The notes: generated from the sequence alone by a model not told the origin. Counted from the stretch's first letter, positions 10,007 through 19,771 are shown. The stretch: 60,108 nt of DNA from Burkholderiaceae bacterium (GCA_017383055.1 JAFNZB010000264.1:1-60108); one strand, 5' to 3'. Program-made: numbers and translations.

Positions 10007-11185
10007 TTAGAAACCGGCATCAGCACGAAGGGCTTCAGCCTTGTCGGTCTTTTCCCACGTGAATTCCGGTTCTTCACGACCGAAGTGACCGTAAGCGGCC
10101 GTCTTGGAGTAAATCGGACGCAAGAGGTCGAGCATTTGAACGATGCCACGCGGACGAAGGTCAAAGTGACGTTCGACCAATTGAGCGATCTTTTCGTCAG
10201 CGATAACGCCCGTACCGAACGTGCGGACCGTTACGTTGATCGGCTTGGCAACGCCGATAGCGTAAGAAACTTGCACTTGGCAACGGCTTGCCAATTTGGC
10301 GGCAACGATGTTCTTGGCAACGTAACGGCAAGCATAAGCGGCAGAACGGTCAACCTTGGATGCGTCCTTACCAGAGAAAGCACCGCCACCGTGCGGGCAT
10401 GCGCCACCGTATGTGTCGACGATGATCTTACGACCCGTCAAACCACAGTCGCCTTGCGGACCGCCAACCACGAAACGACCCGTCGGGTTAATCAAGAAAC
10501 GCGTGTCCTTGAGCCATTCTTGCGGCAAAACCGGCTTGATGATGTGTTCGATGATGGCTTCGTTGAATTCCGGCTTCATCTTGTTGCCGTCGCTCATGCG
10601 CGGATCGTGTTGGCTGGAGAGAACAACCGTGTCGATGCCAACCGGAACACCGTTTTCATAGCGCAACGTCACTTGGCTCTTGGCGTCAGGACGCAAGAAG
10701 TCGAGCGTGCCGTTACGACGAACGATGGATTGTTGTTGGACCAAACGGTGTGCGTAGTAAATGGCTGCCGGCATCAACGTCGGCGTTTCATCACAAGCGT
10801 AACCAAACATCAAACCTTGGTCGCCGGCGCCTTGTTCGAGGTAGTCGTCGCTAGCACGGTCAACGCCTTGTGCGATGTCGTTGGATTGTTTGTCGTAACC
10901 AACCAAGACGGAGCAACCCTTGTGGTCGATGCCGTAATCGGAGTTGTCGTAACCGATACGCTTGAGCGTTTCGCGGGCGATGTCGATGTAATCAACGTTG
11001 GCTTGCGTCGTGATTTCACCTGCGAGCACCACCAAACCGGTGTTACAAAGCGTTTCAGCGGCAACGCGGCTATACGGGTCTTGTGCCAAGATGGCGTCCA
11101 AGATGGCGTCGGAGATTTGGTCGGCGACCTTATCGGGATGGCCTTCAGAAACGGATTCCGAAGTAAAGAGATACGTGTTGGACAT
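10007..11185 (-). CDS. metK: S-adenosylmethionine synthetase
   Basis: [41 protein letters not shown]. Confidence 0.99.
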   Translation of the reverse strand: MSNTYLFTSESVSEGHPDKVADQISDAILDAILAQDPYSRVAAETLCNTGLVVLAGEITTQANVDYIDIARETLKRIGYDNSDYGIDHKGCSVLVGYDKQSNDIAQGVDRASDDYLEQGAGDQGLMFGYACDETPTLMPAAIYYAHRLVQQQSIVRRNGTLDFLRPDAKSQVTLRYENGVPVGIDTVVLSSQHDPRMSDGNKMKPEFNEAIIEHIIKPVLPQEWLKDTRFLINPTGRFVVGGPQGDCGLTGRKIIVDTYGGACPHGGGAFSGKDASKVDRSAAYACRYVAKNIVAAKLASRCQVQVSYAIGVAKPINVTVRTFGTGVIADEKIAQLVERHFDLRPRGIVQMLDLLRPIYSKTAAYGHFGREEPEFTWEKTDKAEALRADAGF

Positions 11186-11249
11186 GCTACATTCCTTTAT
11201 TTTTTATGTCAGTGGAACGAGCGCCACCGCACAAAAATAGAAATGCGGC

Positions 11250-11303
11250 TGACGCTTTAGCGGTATTTATTACGCCCCGCAAGTTGTCGGTTAACTCGGC
11301 GTG
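11250..11303 (-). promoter_or_regulatory. SAM-II class riboswitch aptamer in metK 5' UTR
   Basis: Minus-strand RNA: ACGCC-GAGUUAACCGACAAC-UUGCGG-GGCGU-AAUAAAU-ACCGCUAAAG-CGUC. P1 is ACGCC/GGCGU and the pseudoknot is UUGCGG/CCGCUAA, with the conserved AUAAAU and GCUAAA elements. Upstream of metK. Confidence 0.85.
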
Positions 11304-11559
11304 TCAGCGAATACTACACAAATTTTATTAAAAAACAAGAGCCTAAAGGGGGTATTCTTTGTAAAAAAATCCCCGTACTCAATAAGTACCATTCAATCGG
11401 AAGGATTCGACGCTTTATCTGTTGAGCTTTTATGGGTAGTTAAAAGGTTTGGCTCTTGATTGGAACTACTCAAAATAAATGTTAAAACCTTAATTTTTCA
11501 ACTAAAAGGCCTCATTTTCCTAAGCACAATCATCAAAAACTAAGGTAAAGTTCCTTCCT

Positions 11560-12414
11560 ATGGAAACGCTCTTATATTTATTTTCTCGTTTGCCCATGTC
11601 TTGGATGCGAGCCATTGGTCGCACCGTGGGCGTGCTTATCTATAAATCCTCGGCTTCGTATCGTGAACGCATTCACGAAAATCTTCGTTATGCCGGAATT
11701 GATTCTGAAGAAATGGCCCTCCGTGTTGCCGCAGAACAAGGTGTTCAAGGGATTGAGGCTCCTTGGGTCTGGGGACGTGGTCGACAAGACTATTTGAAAC
11801 AAACCTATGTCTCGGCGGAAGATGAAGCGAAGTTGCGTCAAGCGATTGAGGGTCGTGCCGTTGTTTTCTTGACTCCGCACATCGGTTGTTATGAAGTGGC
11901 ACCTTCTTGGTTTGCTGAAAAAGTTCTCAAAGGGACCGATAAAAATATTGCCATTTTGTATCGAGTTCCTCGTAAGTCCTACCTTCGAAAGTTGGTTGGC
12001 GAAGGGCGCCAAACTCCAAATGTTTTGCCCTGTTCGGCAGATTTGAAGGGTGTCCGTCAGATTTTGCGAACATTGAAATCCGGTGGGATGGCCGGTATTT
12101 TGCCTGACCAGGTTCCTTCAAATGGCGAAGGTGTTTGGGCTCCTTTCTTTGGGAAACAGGCCTATACGATGACGTTCCCGTTGCGTTTGATTCGTCAATT
12201 TAAGGCTGTCGTTGTGATGGCGCGCTCCGAACGTATTCCAGAAGGTTGGCATGTTTCGTGGAAGATTTGGGATGAAGAGTTGACCGGAGATGATGCTCAA
12301 GATGCTGCATTGATGAATCGTTTAATCGAAGAGACGGTTTTGGAGTGCCCGCATCAATATTTGTGGTCTTATAACCGATACAAGTGTCCGTCCGGTGTTC
12401 AGAAGCCCCAGTAA
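11560..12414 (+). CDS. lpxL: Lipid A late acyltransferase (LpxL/HtrB family), copy 1
   Basis: PHIGCYE, GILPDQ, PFFG..A, QYLWSYNRYK. Confidence 0.85.
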   Translation: METLLYLFSRLPMSWMRAIGRTVGVLIYKSSASYRERIHENLRYAGIDSEEMALRVAAEQGVQGIEAPWVWGRGRQDYLKQTYVSAEDEAKLRQAIEGRAVVFLTPHIGCYEVAPSWFAEKVLKGTDKNIAILYRVPRKSYLRKLVGEGRQTPNVLPCSADLKGVRQILRTLKSGGMAGILPDQVPSNGEGVWAPFFGKQAYTMTFPLRLIRQFKAVVVMARSERIPEGWHVSWKIWDEELTGDDAQDAALMNRLIEETVLECPHQYLWSYNRYKCPSGVQKPQ

Positions 12415-12423
12415 AGAATAGTT

Positions 12424-13317
12424 ATGAAATCATTGATGAATTTTTTCTCTCGTGTGTGGTTACAAGTGGTTTTTGCGTCGGCTTCATGGTCGATGGCAAC
12501 CCGAGTACGCTTTGCGAAGGTGATGGCCTTCTTGTTTTGGCATTTGGTTCCCAAACGCCGTCATGTGACATTGACTAATTTGCGTGTTTGTTTTCCCGAT
12601 TGGACGGAAGAAAAGCGCATCGAAGTGGCTAAAGAATGTTTCTTTAATTTATCTCGTGCCGCTTTGGATCACGGCGTTCTGTGGAAAGGTTCTCGTGAAC
12701 AAGTGCTCGAGATGGTCAAGTTCGATGACGGTCTTGTCGAATGTTTGAGTAACGAAGAAAATCGTCCCTTGATCATGATTGCTCCTCACTTTGCCGGTTT
12801 GGATGCAACGGGTATCGCATTTAATACATTTGTTCGCGGTGTTTCGCTTTATCAACGCCAGTCCAATCCGGTTTGGGATAAGGCCGCTTATGACGGTCGT
12901 ATGCGTTTTAGCGATCCAATTTTGATCGCAAAGAGCGATCAAAGCGATCTTCGTCCGGTCATTCGTGCGATGCGTCAAGGTTTGCCGTTTTATTATTTGC
13001 CTGATATGGATCACGGTCGTCGTAATTCCATTTTCGTGCCGTTTTTCGGTGTACCCGCAGCGACGTTGCCGATGGCCTCTCGTTTAGCCAAAATGACCAA
13101 GGCCAAAGTGCTTATGTGCATGCCTGAAATGACTGAATGGGGTTATCAAATTCATGTGACGGACTTCTTTGATAATTTTCCGACCGACAATCCCGAAGCC
13201 GATACGATTCGGGTAACGCAGGAATTGGAAACTTGGATTAAGAAGTATCCGTCTCAGTATATGTGGACACATCGCCGCTTCAAGACGCGACCGGAAGGTG
13301 AGCCTTCCATTTATTGA
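12424..13317 (+). CDS. lpxL: Lipid A late acyltransferase (LpxL/HtrB family), copy 2
   Basis: PHFAGLD, YYLPDMD, FVPFFGVPAAT, QYMWTHRRFKTRP. Confidence 0.87.
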   Translation: MKSLMNFFSRVWLQVVFASASWSMATRVRFAKVMAFLFWHLVPKRRHVTLTNLRVCFPDWTEEKRIEVAKECFFNLSRAALDHGVLWKGSREQVLEMVKFDDGLVECLSNEENRPLIMIAPHFAGLDATGIAFNTFVRGVSLYQRQSNPVWDKAAYDGRMRFSDPILIAKSDQSDLRPVIRAMRQGLPFYYLPDMDHGRRNSIFVPFFGVPAATLPMASRLAKMTKAKVLMCMPEMTEWGYQIHVTDFFDNFPTDNPEADTIRVTQELETWIKKYPSQYMWTHRRFKTRPEGEPSIY

Positions 13318-13318
13318 T

Positions 13319-14173
13319 ATGCGAATCAAGTTTTCCAAGATGCACGGAGCCGGTAATGACTTCGTGATGCTCGACGGGGTCAGTCAAACACTCGAGCTTC
13401 GTGCAGAGGATATTCGATTTATAGCCGATCGCCATCTTGGGATCGGTGCGGATCAGGTGCTATTGGTTTCAACAAGCGAAAATCCGAATGTGGATTTTCG
13501 CTATCGTATTTTTAATCAAGACGGTTCCGAAGTGGAACAATGTGGCAATGGCGCACGTTGTTTTGTGAAATTCGTTCGTCATTGTGGTTTGACTGATAAA
13601 AAGAAAATTCTCGTGCAAACGATGAAGACGGTGATTGAACCCGAGTTGTTGGCCGATGGCCGAGTAAAGGTCAATATGGGGGCGCCGATCTTTGACTTGT
13701 CCCAACTGCCTTTTGCTCCGGGGGCATTGCCGACTCGATATTTAGGTCGAGCGAAGCAATGGCAACTCGATCACGCCGAAGGTTCGTTGTGGTTTGCAGC
13801 GCTATCGATGGGAAATCCCACGGCAACGGTGTTTGTACAAAACGTTGGGACAACGCCTGTGGATCAATGGGGGCAATTGATTGGCGAACATCCGATTTTT
13901 CCGAATCGAACAAATGTGGCATTCTTGGAAGTTTTGGATAAAAATAACGCCCGTATTCGAGTTTTTGAGCGAGGTGCCGGAGAGACGCTCGCTTGTGGTT
14001 CCGGGACTTGTGCTGCCATTGTGGCGGCCATGAACGCCGGATTATGTCAGGACTTTGTCGAAGTACAGGCCCAAGGTGGTCAATTACGAATCGAATGGGA
14101 CGGATTGGAAGATTCGCCTGTTTATTTGATTGGTCCGGCCGAGCATGTTTTCGACGGTGAATTAGAAATTTGA
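13319..14173 (+). CDS. dapF: Diaminopimelate epimerase
   Basis: FSKMHGAGNDF, NQDGSEVEQCGNGARC, SMGNP, ERGAGETLACGSGTC. Start taken at ATG 13319. Confidence 0.96.
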   Translation: MRIKFSKMHGAGNDFVMLDGVSQTLELRAEDIRFIADRHLGIGADQVLLVSTSENPNVDFRYRIFNQDGSEVEQCGNGARCFVKFVRHCGLTDKKKILVQTMKTVIEPELLADGRVKVNMGAPIFDLSQLPFAPGALPTRYLGRAKQWQLDHAEGSLWFAALSMGNPTATVFVQNVGTTPVDQWGQLIGEHPIFPNRTNVAFLEVLDKNNARIRVFERGAGETLACGSGTCAAIVAAMNAGLCQDFVEVQAQGGQLRIEWDGLEDSPVYLIGPAEHVFDGELEI

Positions 14174-14183
14174 GGAACGCAAA

Positions 14184-15389
14184 ATGGTTCAAGTGTGGTT
14201 GAAAAAAGGCAAGGAACGTTCTTTGTGGCGTCGTCACCCGTGGGTGTATGACACGGCTGTACAAAAAGTTTCTGGCAAACCCCAAAACGGCGAGACCGTC
14301 CAAGTCATGTCTTATGACGGTAAGTTTTTGGCATGGGCTTCTTATTCTAAGGATTCCACGTTGCGTGCTCGTTGCTGGTCGTTTATCGAATCCGAAACGA
14401 TCGATGCGCAATGGTTTGAACATAAGATTACCAAGGCATTGGCCGCTCGTGAGCACCTCTTTGAACGAACGAGTGCCATTCGTGTGATTATGGGTGAGGC
14501 TGACCAATTGCCGGGTTTGGTCGTGGACCGCTACGGTGATTTCTTTGTTACTCAATTCCAATCGGCCGGTGTGGAATATTGGCGTGAAACGATTGCTGAT
14601 ATTTTGATGAAGCAATCGGGTATTCGAGGTATTTTTGATCGCTCTGATGCTGCAACTCGTCATCGTGAAGGCTTACAAGAGCGAGTCGAAGTATTACGAG
14701 GAGAAGAACCGCCTGAACAAATTGAGGTTGTCGAAGACGGCATTCGCTATGGTGTTGACGTTCGAAATGGTCACAAGACTGGTTTCTACGTTGACCAACG
14801 TGATAGCCGCTATTTGGCCCAACGCTTGGCGCGTGAATTTAAGGCTCGCCACGGTCGTGGTATGCGTGCCTTGAATTGCTTCTGTTACACGGGCGGCTTC
14901 TCGTTGGCGTTATTGGCGGGTGGTGCCGATGAGGTTGTGTCTGTGGACTCTTCCGGTGAGGCATTGGAGACGGCTCGTAAGAACGCCGAACGCAACGGTT
15001 TCTGTGAAGAAAAGGCTAAATGGGTTCAAGCTGATGTGTTCGATTTCTTGCGTAAGGCTCGTGATGCCGGTGATACGTATGATTTGGTGATTTTGGATCC
15101 GCCGAAGTTTGCTTCGAGTCATCGTCATGTCGATCGTGCTGCTCGTGCGTATAAAGACATTAATTTGAACGGTTTGCGTATTGTTTCGCCCGAAGGCCAA
15201 TTGTTGACCTTCTCTTGCTCTGGCGCTATGGATGTGGATTTGTTCCAAAAGGTGATTGCAGGTGCCGTGATCGACTCCAAACGTGAGGCTTGGATGGTGT
15301 CTCGTTTGGGTGCGGGTGAGGATCATCCCTTGATGATGACGTGTCCGGAAGGCGAATATTTGAAAGGCCTTCACTTGAAATTACGTTAA
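14184..15389 (+). CDS. rlmI: 23S rRNA m5C1962 methyltransferase (RlmI family)
   Basis: PUA-like RRHPWVY, GHKTGFYVDQR, LNCFCYTGGF, ILDPPKFA, TFSCSG, EGEYLKG. Confidence 0.9.
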   Translation: MVQVWLKKGKERSLWRRHPWVYDTAVQKVSGKPQNGETVQVMSYDGKFLAWASYSKDSTLRARCWSFIESETIDAQWFEHKITKALAAREHLFERTSAIRVIMGEADQLPGLVVDRYGDFFVTQFQSAGVEYWRETIADILMKQSGIRGIFDRSDAATRHREGLQERVEVLRGEEPPEQIEVVEDGIRYGVDVRNGHKTGFYVDQRDSRYLAQRLAREFKARHGRGMRALNCFCYTGGFSLALLAGGADEVVSVDSSGEALETARKNAERNGFCEEKAKWVQADVFDFLRKARDAGDTYDLVILDPPKFASSHRHVDRAARAYKDINLNGLRIVSPEGQLLTFSCSGAMDVDLFQKVIAGAVIDSKREAWMVSRLGAGEDHPLMMTCPEGEYLKGLHLKLR

Positions 15390-15405
15390 GCCGATCGGGA
15401 GTCGA

Positions 15406-16404
15406 ATGATGGAGATGATGCCGCAAATACCCGTGACAATTTTGACGGGTTTTTTGGGTGCCGGTAAGACGACGCTTTTGAATCGAATCCTTCGTGAAGA
15501 TCACGGTCATCGCATCGCTGTGGTTGAAAACGAATTCGGTCAGGAGGATGTCGACAGTACTCTGTTGGTTCAAACCGATAAAGAACAAATCGTGCAGATG
15601 AATAACGGTTGCGTCTGTTGCACGATTCGTGGCGACCTTTCGCGTGTTTTGACGGATTTGCGTCACCGTCGAGAAAAGGGCGAAATTGCCTTCGATCGAG
15701 TGCTGATCGAAACCAGTGGTGTCGCTAATCCCGGTCCGGTTGCTCAAACATTTTTCATGGATGACGTCGTAGCGGTCTATTTCCGTTTGGATGGCGTGAT
15801 TACGTTGGTTGATGCCGTTCACGCCAATGACACGCTTGACAAAGAACTTGAGGCCCAAGCCCAAGTTGGCTTTGCCGATCGTCTTTTTATCACGAAGACC
15901 GATCTTGTTGACGAGGTTGCGGTTGACGAGTTGCGCGCACGCTTATTGAGTATGAATCCTCGAGCCCCGATTAAATCCATCCATATGGGTGAGGTGGCTA
16001 TCGACGACGTACTCGATATCGAAGGCTTCAATTTGAATTCTGTCTTGGATATCGATCCGCAATTTTTAACGGAAACGGGTCATCACCATCATCATGGTGA
16101 TGAAATTTCGTCTTTCGTCTTTACCTCGGATGTTCCTTTTGATCCGTTCCGTTTAGAGCGCTTTTGGGGGACGATTACGCAGGTTTATGGGCCGGATTTG
16201 TTACGTTACAAGGGTGTGATGTATTTGGACGGTACCGATCGTCAAATGATCACTCAAGGTGTTCACATGTTGGTTGCGGCTGACTTGGGACGCTCTTGGT
16301 ACCCAGAGGAAAAGCGTATGACCAAAATCGTATTTATCGGTCGTAATTTGCCTAAAGAGGCGATTATTACGGGCCTAGAGCTTTGTTTGGTGGATGCACC
16401 GTAA
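15406..16404 (+). CDS. COG0523/CobW-family G3E GTPase metallochaperone
   Basis: TGFLGAGKTT, NEFG, GCVCC metal motif, IETSGVA.P, TKTD, HHHHH, CobW_C LLRYKG/QGVH. Confidence 0.92.
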   Translation: MMEMMPQIPVTILTGFLGAGKTTLLNRILREDHGHRIAVVENEFGQEDVDSTLLVQTDKEQIVQMNNGCVCCTIRGDLSRVLTDLRHRREKGEIAFDRVLIETSGVANPGPVAQTFFMDDVVAVYFRLDGVITLVDAVHANDTLDKELEAQAQVGFADRLFITKTDLVDEVAVDELRARLLSMNPRAPIKSIHMGEVAIDDVLDIEGFNLNSVLDIDPQFLTETGHHHHHGDEISSFVFTSDVPFDPFRLERFWGTITQVYGPDLLRYKGVMYLDGTDRQMITQGVHMLVAADLGRSWYPEEKRMTKIVFIGRNLPKEAIITGLELCLVDAP

Positions 16405-16613
16405 CAGTTCGATTCCAAAAGAAAAAAGAATTTTGGTTCGAAATCTTTTCAGACTGAAAAAAATATACAAAAAAACAAGCGCTCGTTTGATTTTTCCTGT
16501 ATAAAGTGGTCTCGGAATTTTTTGGGCCCGTTATGGGCCCGAAAAACCTCCCTTAAGGGTGGTTTTTTTGTTTATAGATTGTCCCTCGTGACAAAAGTGT
16601 AGAAAGTTTTTAT

Positions 16614-17036
16614 ATGGCTGCGAAAAAGACGTTGCTTACCGAACAAGAATTGTTGGCGATGCCTGAAAAGGACTACATGGACGACCGTCAGTTAGCCTTT
16701 TTCCGTAATCGTCTCGTCGAAATGGAAGCTGAGTTGCGCATTAATGCCGATCAAACGACCGAGCACTTGCGTGAAACGGTCGTGGTGCCTGATCCGGCTG
16801 ACCGTGCAACGATCGAAGAAGAACATGCTTTGGAATTGCGTACGCGCGATCGCGAACGCAAGCTCTTGAAGAAGGTTCAAGCCGCTATCCAACGTATCGA
16901 TTCCGGTGATTATGGTTGGTGCGAAGAAACGGGCGAACCGATTGGTGTGGCTCGTTTGTTGGCTCGTCCGACGGCAACCCTCTGTTTGGACGCTCAATTG
17001 CGTCGCGAAATTCGTCAAAAGATGTACGGTAACTAA
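16614..17036 (+). CDS. dksA: RNA polymerase-binding transcription factor DksA (2-Cys type)
   Basis: Coiled-coil tip DPADRA, RDRERKLL, YGWCEETGEPIG..RL.ARPTATLCLDAQ. Confidence 0.95.
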   Translation: MAAKKTLLTEQELLAMPEKDYMDDRQLAFFRNRLVEMEAELRINADQTTEHLRETVVVPDPADRATIEEEHALELRTRDRERKLLKKVQAAIQRIDSGDYGWCEETGEPIGVARLLARPTATLCLDAQLRREIRQKMYGN

Positions 17037-17059
17037 GACTGAATTTTCTTATTGACAAT

Positions 17060-17093
17060 AAAAAAGGTGCGATTTTTTAATCGCACCTTTTTT
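17060..17093. terminator. Bidirectional terminator between dksA and sppA
   Basis: AAAAAAGGTGCGATT-tttt-AATCGCACCTTTTTT. Confidence 0.9.
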
Positions 17094-17104
17094 GTTGTTG
17101 GGAT

Positions 17105-18922
17105 TTAGTTCTCTAAACCGCAGAGGCTGTGAGCCAAAATTTCTTTTTGAGAGTCCAATCGACGATTCCAGAAATCTTTCATTTGTTCGACTTCGTTTCG
17201 AATGCCGTTCGGTACGGCAATGGAGCCGAACGGATCTTTGAGTGGATCTAAGCCTTGTCGAAGCATTGACGAAAGATTCATTGGTTTTTCGCCGATATAG
17301 ACCAAGTGAGCCGTTGCCGGAAGTTGGGCGAGTTTTCGAGCAGCCGCTATCGCTTCTTGCATGCCTCCAAGCTCATCGACCAAGCCATGTTTGTAGGCTT
17401 GCGAACCCGTCCAAACGCGCCCTTGAGCGACTTGATGGACAGCGTTGATGGAGAGTCCTCGTGCTTTGGAAACAACTCCAAGGAAGTTGTTATACGTGCG
17501 TTCGACATTTTGCGTAAGAATGTCCGCTAAACGAGTATCAAGCGGTTGCGTGGGTTTGCCAGCATTGGCTAGCCACGTCGTTCCTACGCCGCCTTGACCG
17601 ATTTTGGCGAGTTCAAGCGACTTTTCAAATGTGGGAGCCAAGCCGAATACGCCAATACTACCCGTGACGGTAGCAGGGTCTGCAATCACGCGGCTAGCCC
17701 CCATACTGATCCAATAACCGCCTGAGGCGGCGATATTCCCCATACTGACAACGACGGGCTTATTTTTCTTTTTTGCCAATTCCAAAGCGCCACGAATCAA
17801 TTCGCTAGCAACTGCAGAGCCTCCAGGAGAATTGACTCGTAAGACGATTGCTTTGATATTCGAATCGTCAATGGCCGATTGAATCTGATCGGTTATGGTT
17901 TTGGAGCCAATGATGCCGATGTCGGACGGTCCGGTTTGGATTTCGCCTTCTGCAACGATGACTGCGATGCTATCAGGCTGCGCAACGTTATTCAGGCCAC
18001 TACCGTAGTGAAGATAGGGCAGGAAATTGGCCTCAATTTTTTTGCCTTTGCCAAGGCGGCCTTCAATGTAATCCTTGGTTTCATCAATGGTTTTGACTCC
18101 ATCGATAAGGCCCGCATTGATTGCAGCCTGAGCCATATCGCCATGCGCGTTGCGGACACGCTGAGGCAATTCATCAATGTAAGCGTTGATTGCTCCCGGC
18201 ATCAGTCCACGAGAGCGCTCCATGTCCGTGGAGTACGTTTTCCAAGCATCGAAAAGCCATACTTTTTCTGCGGCTAAAGCTTCTTTAGACGGCGCGTTGA
18301 GGATGAAACTTTCTGGGAAACTTTTATAAGTTCCGGCCTTGAAAACATGGACGTTTACGCCTAATTTTTCAAGGAGTTTGCCGTAATAAAGGCGATTGGA
18401 ACCCAGGCCCTTAACTTCGATTTCACCCATAGGGTGCAGATAAATTTCGCTCGCATGAGTGGCAATGCCGTATTGTGCTTGGGTGAAATTGGTACCCCAA
18501 GCCCATACGGTTTTGCCGCTTTGTTTAAAACGATCGAGTGCCGAACCCAGTTCACGAGAAGCGGCAACGCCACAAGATTGCAGCTCGTCTAAACGCAGTA
18601 AAACGCCGGCAATGGAACGATCTTTTTGAGCCGCATTGAGCGTTTCGACGACATCGTGTAAATCGGTGTCGTGTTGTTCTGTACCGAGTAACGTATCGCC
18701 TAAAAGGGGAGTCAGAGGTTTTTGTTCGACGACCTTACCGGTGAGATCCAACACCAAAACCGTATTGGGGCGAACGCTCGGCGAATCAAAATAGCTACTT
18801 GCCCAAATACCCAAAGCAATCAAGACGGCGACCAAGACAATATTGGCAAGGGTTTGACGCACCAGGTTGAGGGCTTTCCAAATGAGCGAAAGCGCCTTAC
18901 CGATCCAACGGAAGATAAACAA
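17105..18922 (-). CDS. sppA: Signal peptide peptidase, 67K type
   Basis: N-terminal TM helix, GTYKSFPE (Lys), RVNSPGGS, SMGNIAASGGY (Ser), TGSIGVFG, AQGRVWTG. Confidence 0.93.
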   Translation of the reverse strand: MFIFRWIGKALSLIWKALNLVRQTLANIVLVAVLIALGIWASSYFDSPSVRPNTVLVLDLTGKVVEQKPLTPLLGDTLLGTEQHDTDLHDVVETLNAAQKDRSIAGVLLRLDELQSCGVAASRELGSALDRFKQSGKTVWAWGTNFTQAQYGIATHASEIYLHPMGEIEVKGLGSNRLYYGKLLEKLGVNVHVFKAGTYKSFPESFILNAPSKEALAAEKVWLFDAWKTYSTDMERSRGLMPGAINAYIDELPQRVRNAHGDMAQAAINAGLIDGVKTIDETKDYIEGRLGKGKKIEANFLPYLHYGSGLNNVAQPDSIAVIVAEGEIQTGPSDIGIIGSKTITDQIQSAIDDSNIKAIVLRVNSPGGSAVASELIRGALELAKKKNKPVVVSMGNIAASGGYWISMGASRVIADPATVTGSIGVFGLAPTFEKSLELAKIGQGGVGTTWLANAGKPTQPLDTRLADILTQNVERTYNNFLGVVSKARGLSINAVHQVAQGRVWTGSQAYKHGLVDELGGMQEAIAAARKLAQLPATAHLVYIGEKPMNLSSMLRQGLDPLKDPFGSIAVPNGIRNEVEQMKDFWNRRLDSQKEILAHSLCGLEN

Positions 18923-18980
18923 AATTAACCTCGTAATTCAAAAACTTGGAGTCCTAATTATAGGTGGCGTTAATAAATCC

Positions 18981-19739
18981 TCAACCGTAAGGGTTTAAGA
19001 AAATCGGTCGTTTTTTATTGAATCGGTCGGCTTTTACTGGTTTTTTGATCAAACGAGGTAATTCGCGCAAGTGACCGATGCAAGCATCGACGTAATTACT
19101 CGGTCGAACAACGTCGATTCCGTGGTGATGCCACCCCTTACACAGAACGGTTTGCATGCCCACTTGTTTGGCAATCTTTAGGTTGTGCAGATTGTCGTCG
19201 ATTAAACAGGCTTGATGTGGTTTTACGCCGTGTTTGGCTAACACATAACGGAACATTTGAGCCGAAGGCTTAGGACGCCACATGCCGGCAACCTTCATTT
19301 CTTCGGCTCGATAACAGTCATCAAAAGCGTGGAGTAATCCCAAATGGGCAATGATGCGTTCGGCGTAACAGATCGGAGCATTTGTAAAAAGAACTTTACG
19401 GCCCGGTAGGGCATCGACGGCTTCACGCATTTTTCCGTGAGTACTAATCGACGAGATGTCGATTTGGTGAACCATGGTCAAAAAGTCATGGGGATCAATT
19501 TTGTGGTGATACCAAAGTCCGTAGAAGGTGACGCCGTATTTTTGCCAATAATGCTTACGGAGATTGTTGGCTGTTTCAGCATCCACGCCAAGTGCACTTT
19601 GAATATAGGCATCCATTCGAACATGCATTTCATGAAACATGTTTTCAGAAGCGGAATACAGCGTGTCGTCCATGTCAATTAGCCACAATTTTGGCTCAAT
19701 GACGGCACCGCCGTTGATACAAGGTTTTAAGCGAGTCAT
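18981..19739 (-). CDS. HAD-superfamily hydrolase, pyrimidine 5'-nucleotidase-like
   Basis: DMDDTLY (motif I), FTNA (II), PKP (III), IDDNLHNL (IV); YW.KYG.T..GL. Confidence 0.85.
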   Translation of the reverse strand: MTRLKPCINGGAVIEPKLWLIDMDDTLYSASENMFHEMHVRMDAYIQSALGVDAETANNLRKHYWQKYGVTFYGLWYHHKIDPHDFLTMVHQIDISSISTHGKMREAVDALPGRKVLFTNAPICYAERIIAHLGLLHAFDDCYRAEEMKVAGMWRPKPSAQMFRYVLAKHGVKPHQACLIDDNLHNLKIAKQVGMQTVLCKGWHHHGIDVVRPSNYVDACIGHLRELPRLIKKPVKADRFNKKRPIFLNPYG

Positions 19740-19749
19740 AACATAAAAA

Positions 19750-19771
19750 GGAGTGTTGAACGCAACACTCC
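19750..19771 (-). terminator. Terminator-like hairpin after the FtsK-like gene
   Basis: GGAGTGTTG-N4-CAACACTCC followed by TTTTT on - strand. Confidence 0.7.

Noticed and set aside
10004-11260. 418-aa plus-strand ORF antisense to metK (likewise 8923-9702, 13671-14663, 38480-39268, 41616-42293, 42596-43495)
   Set aside because: Shadow ORFs opposite conserved genes; avoidance of TTA/CTA/TCA codons removes antisense stops; no recognisable motifs
11560-13317. Tandem lpxL paralogs as a novelty
   Set aside because: The metK / lpxL-lpxL-dapF arrangement is a familiar Burkholderiales locus
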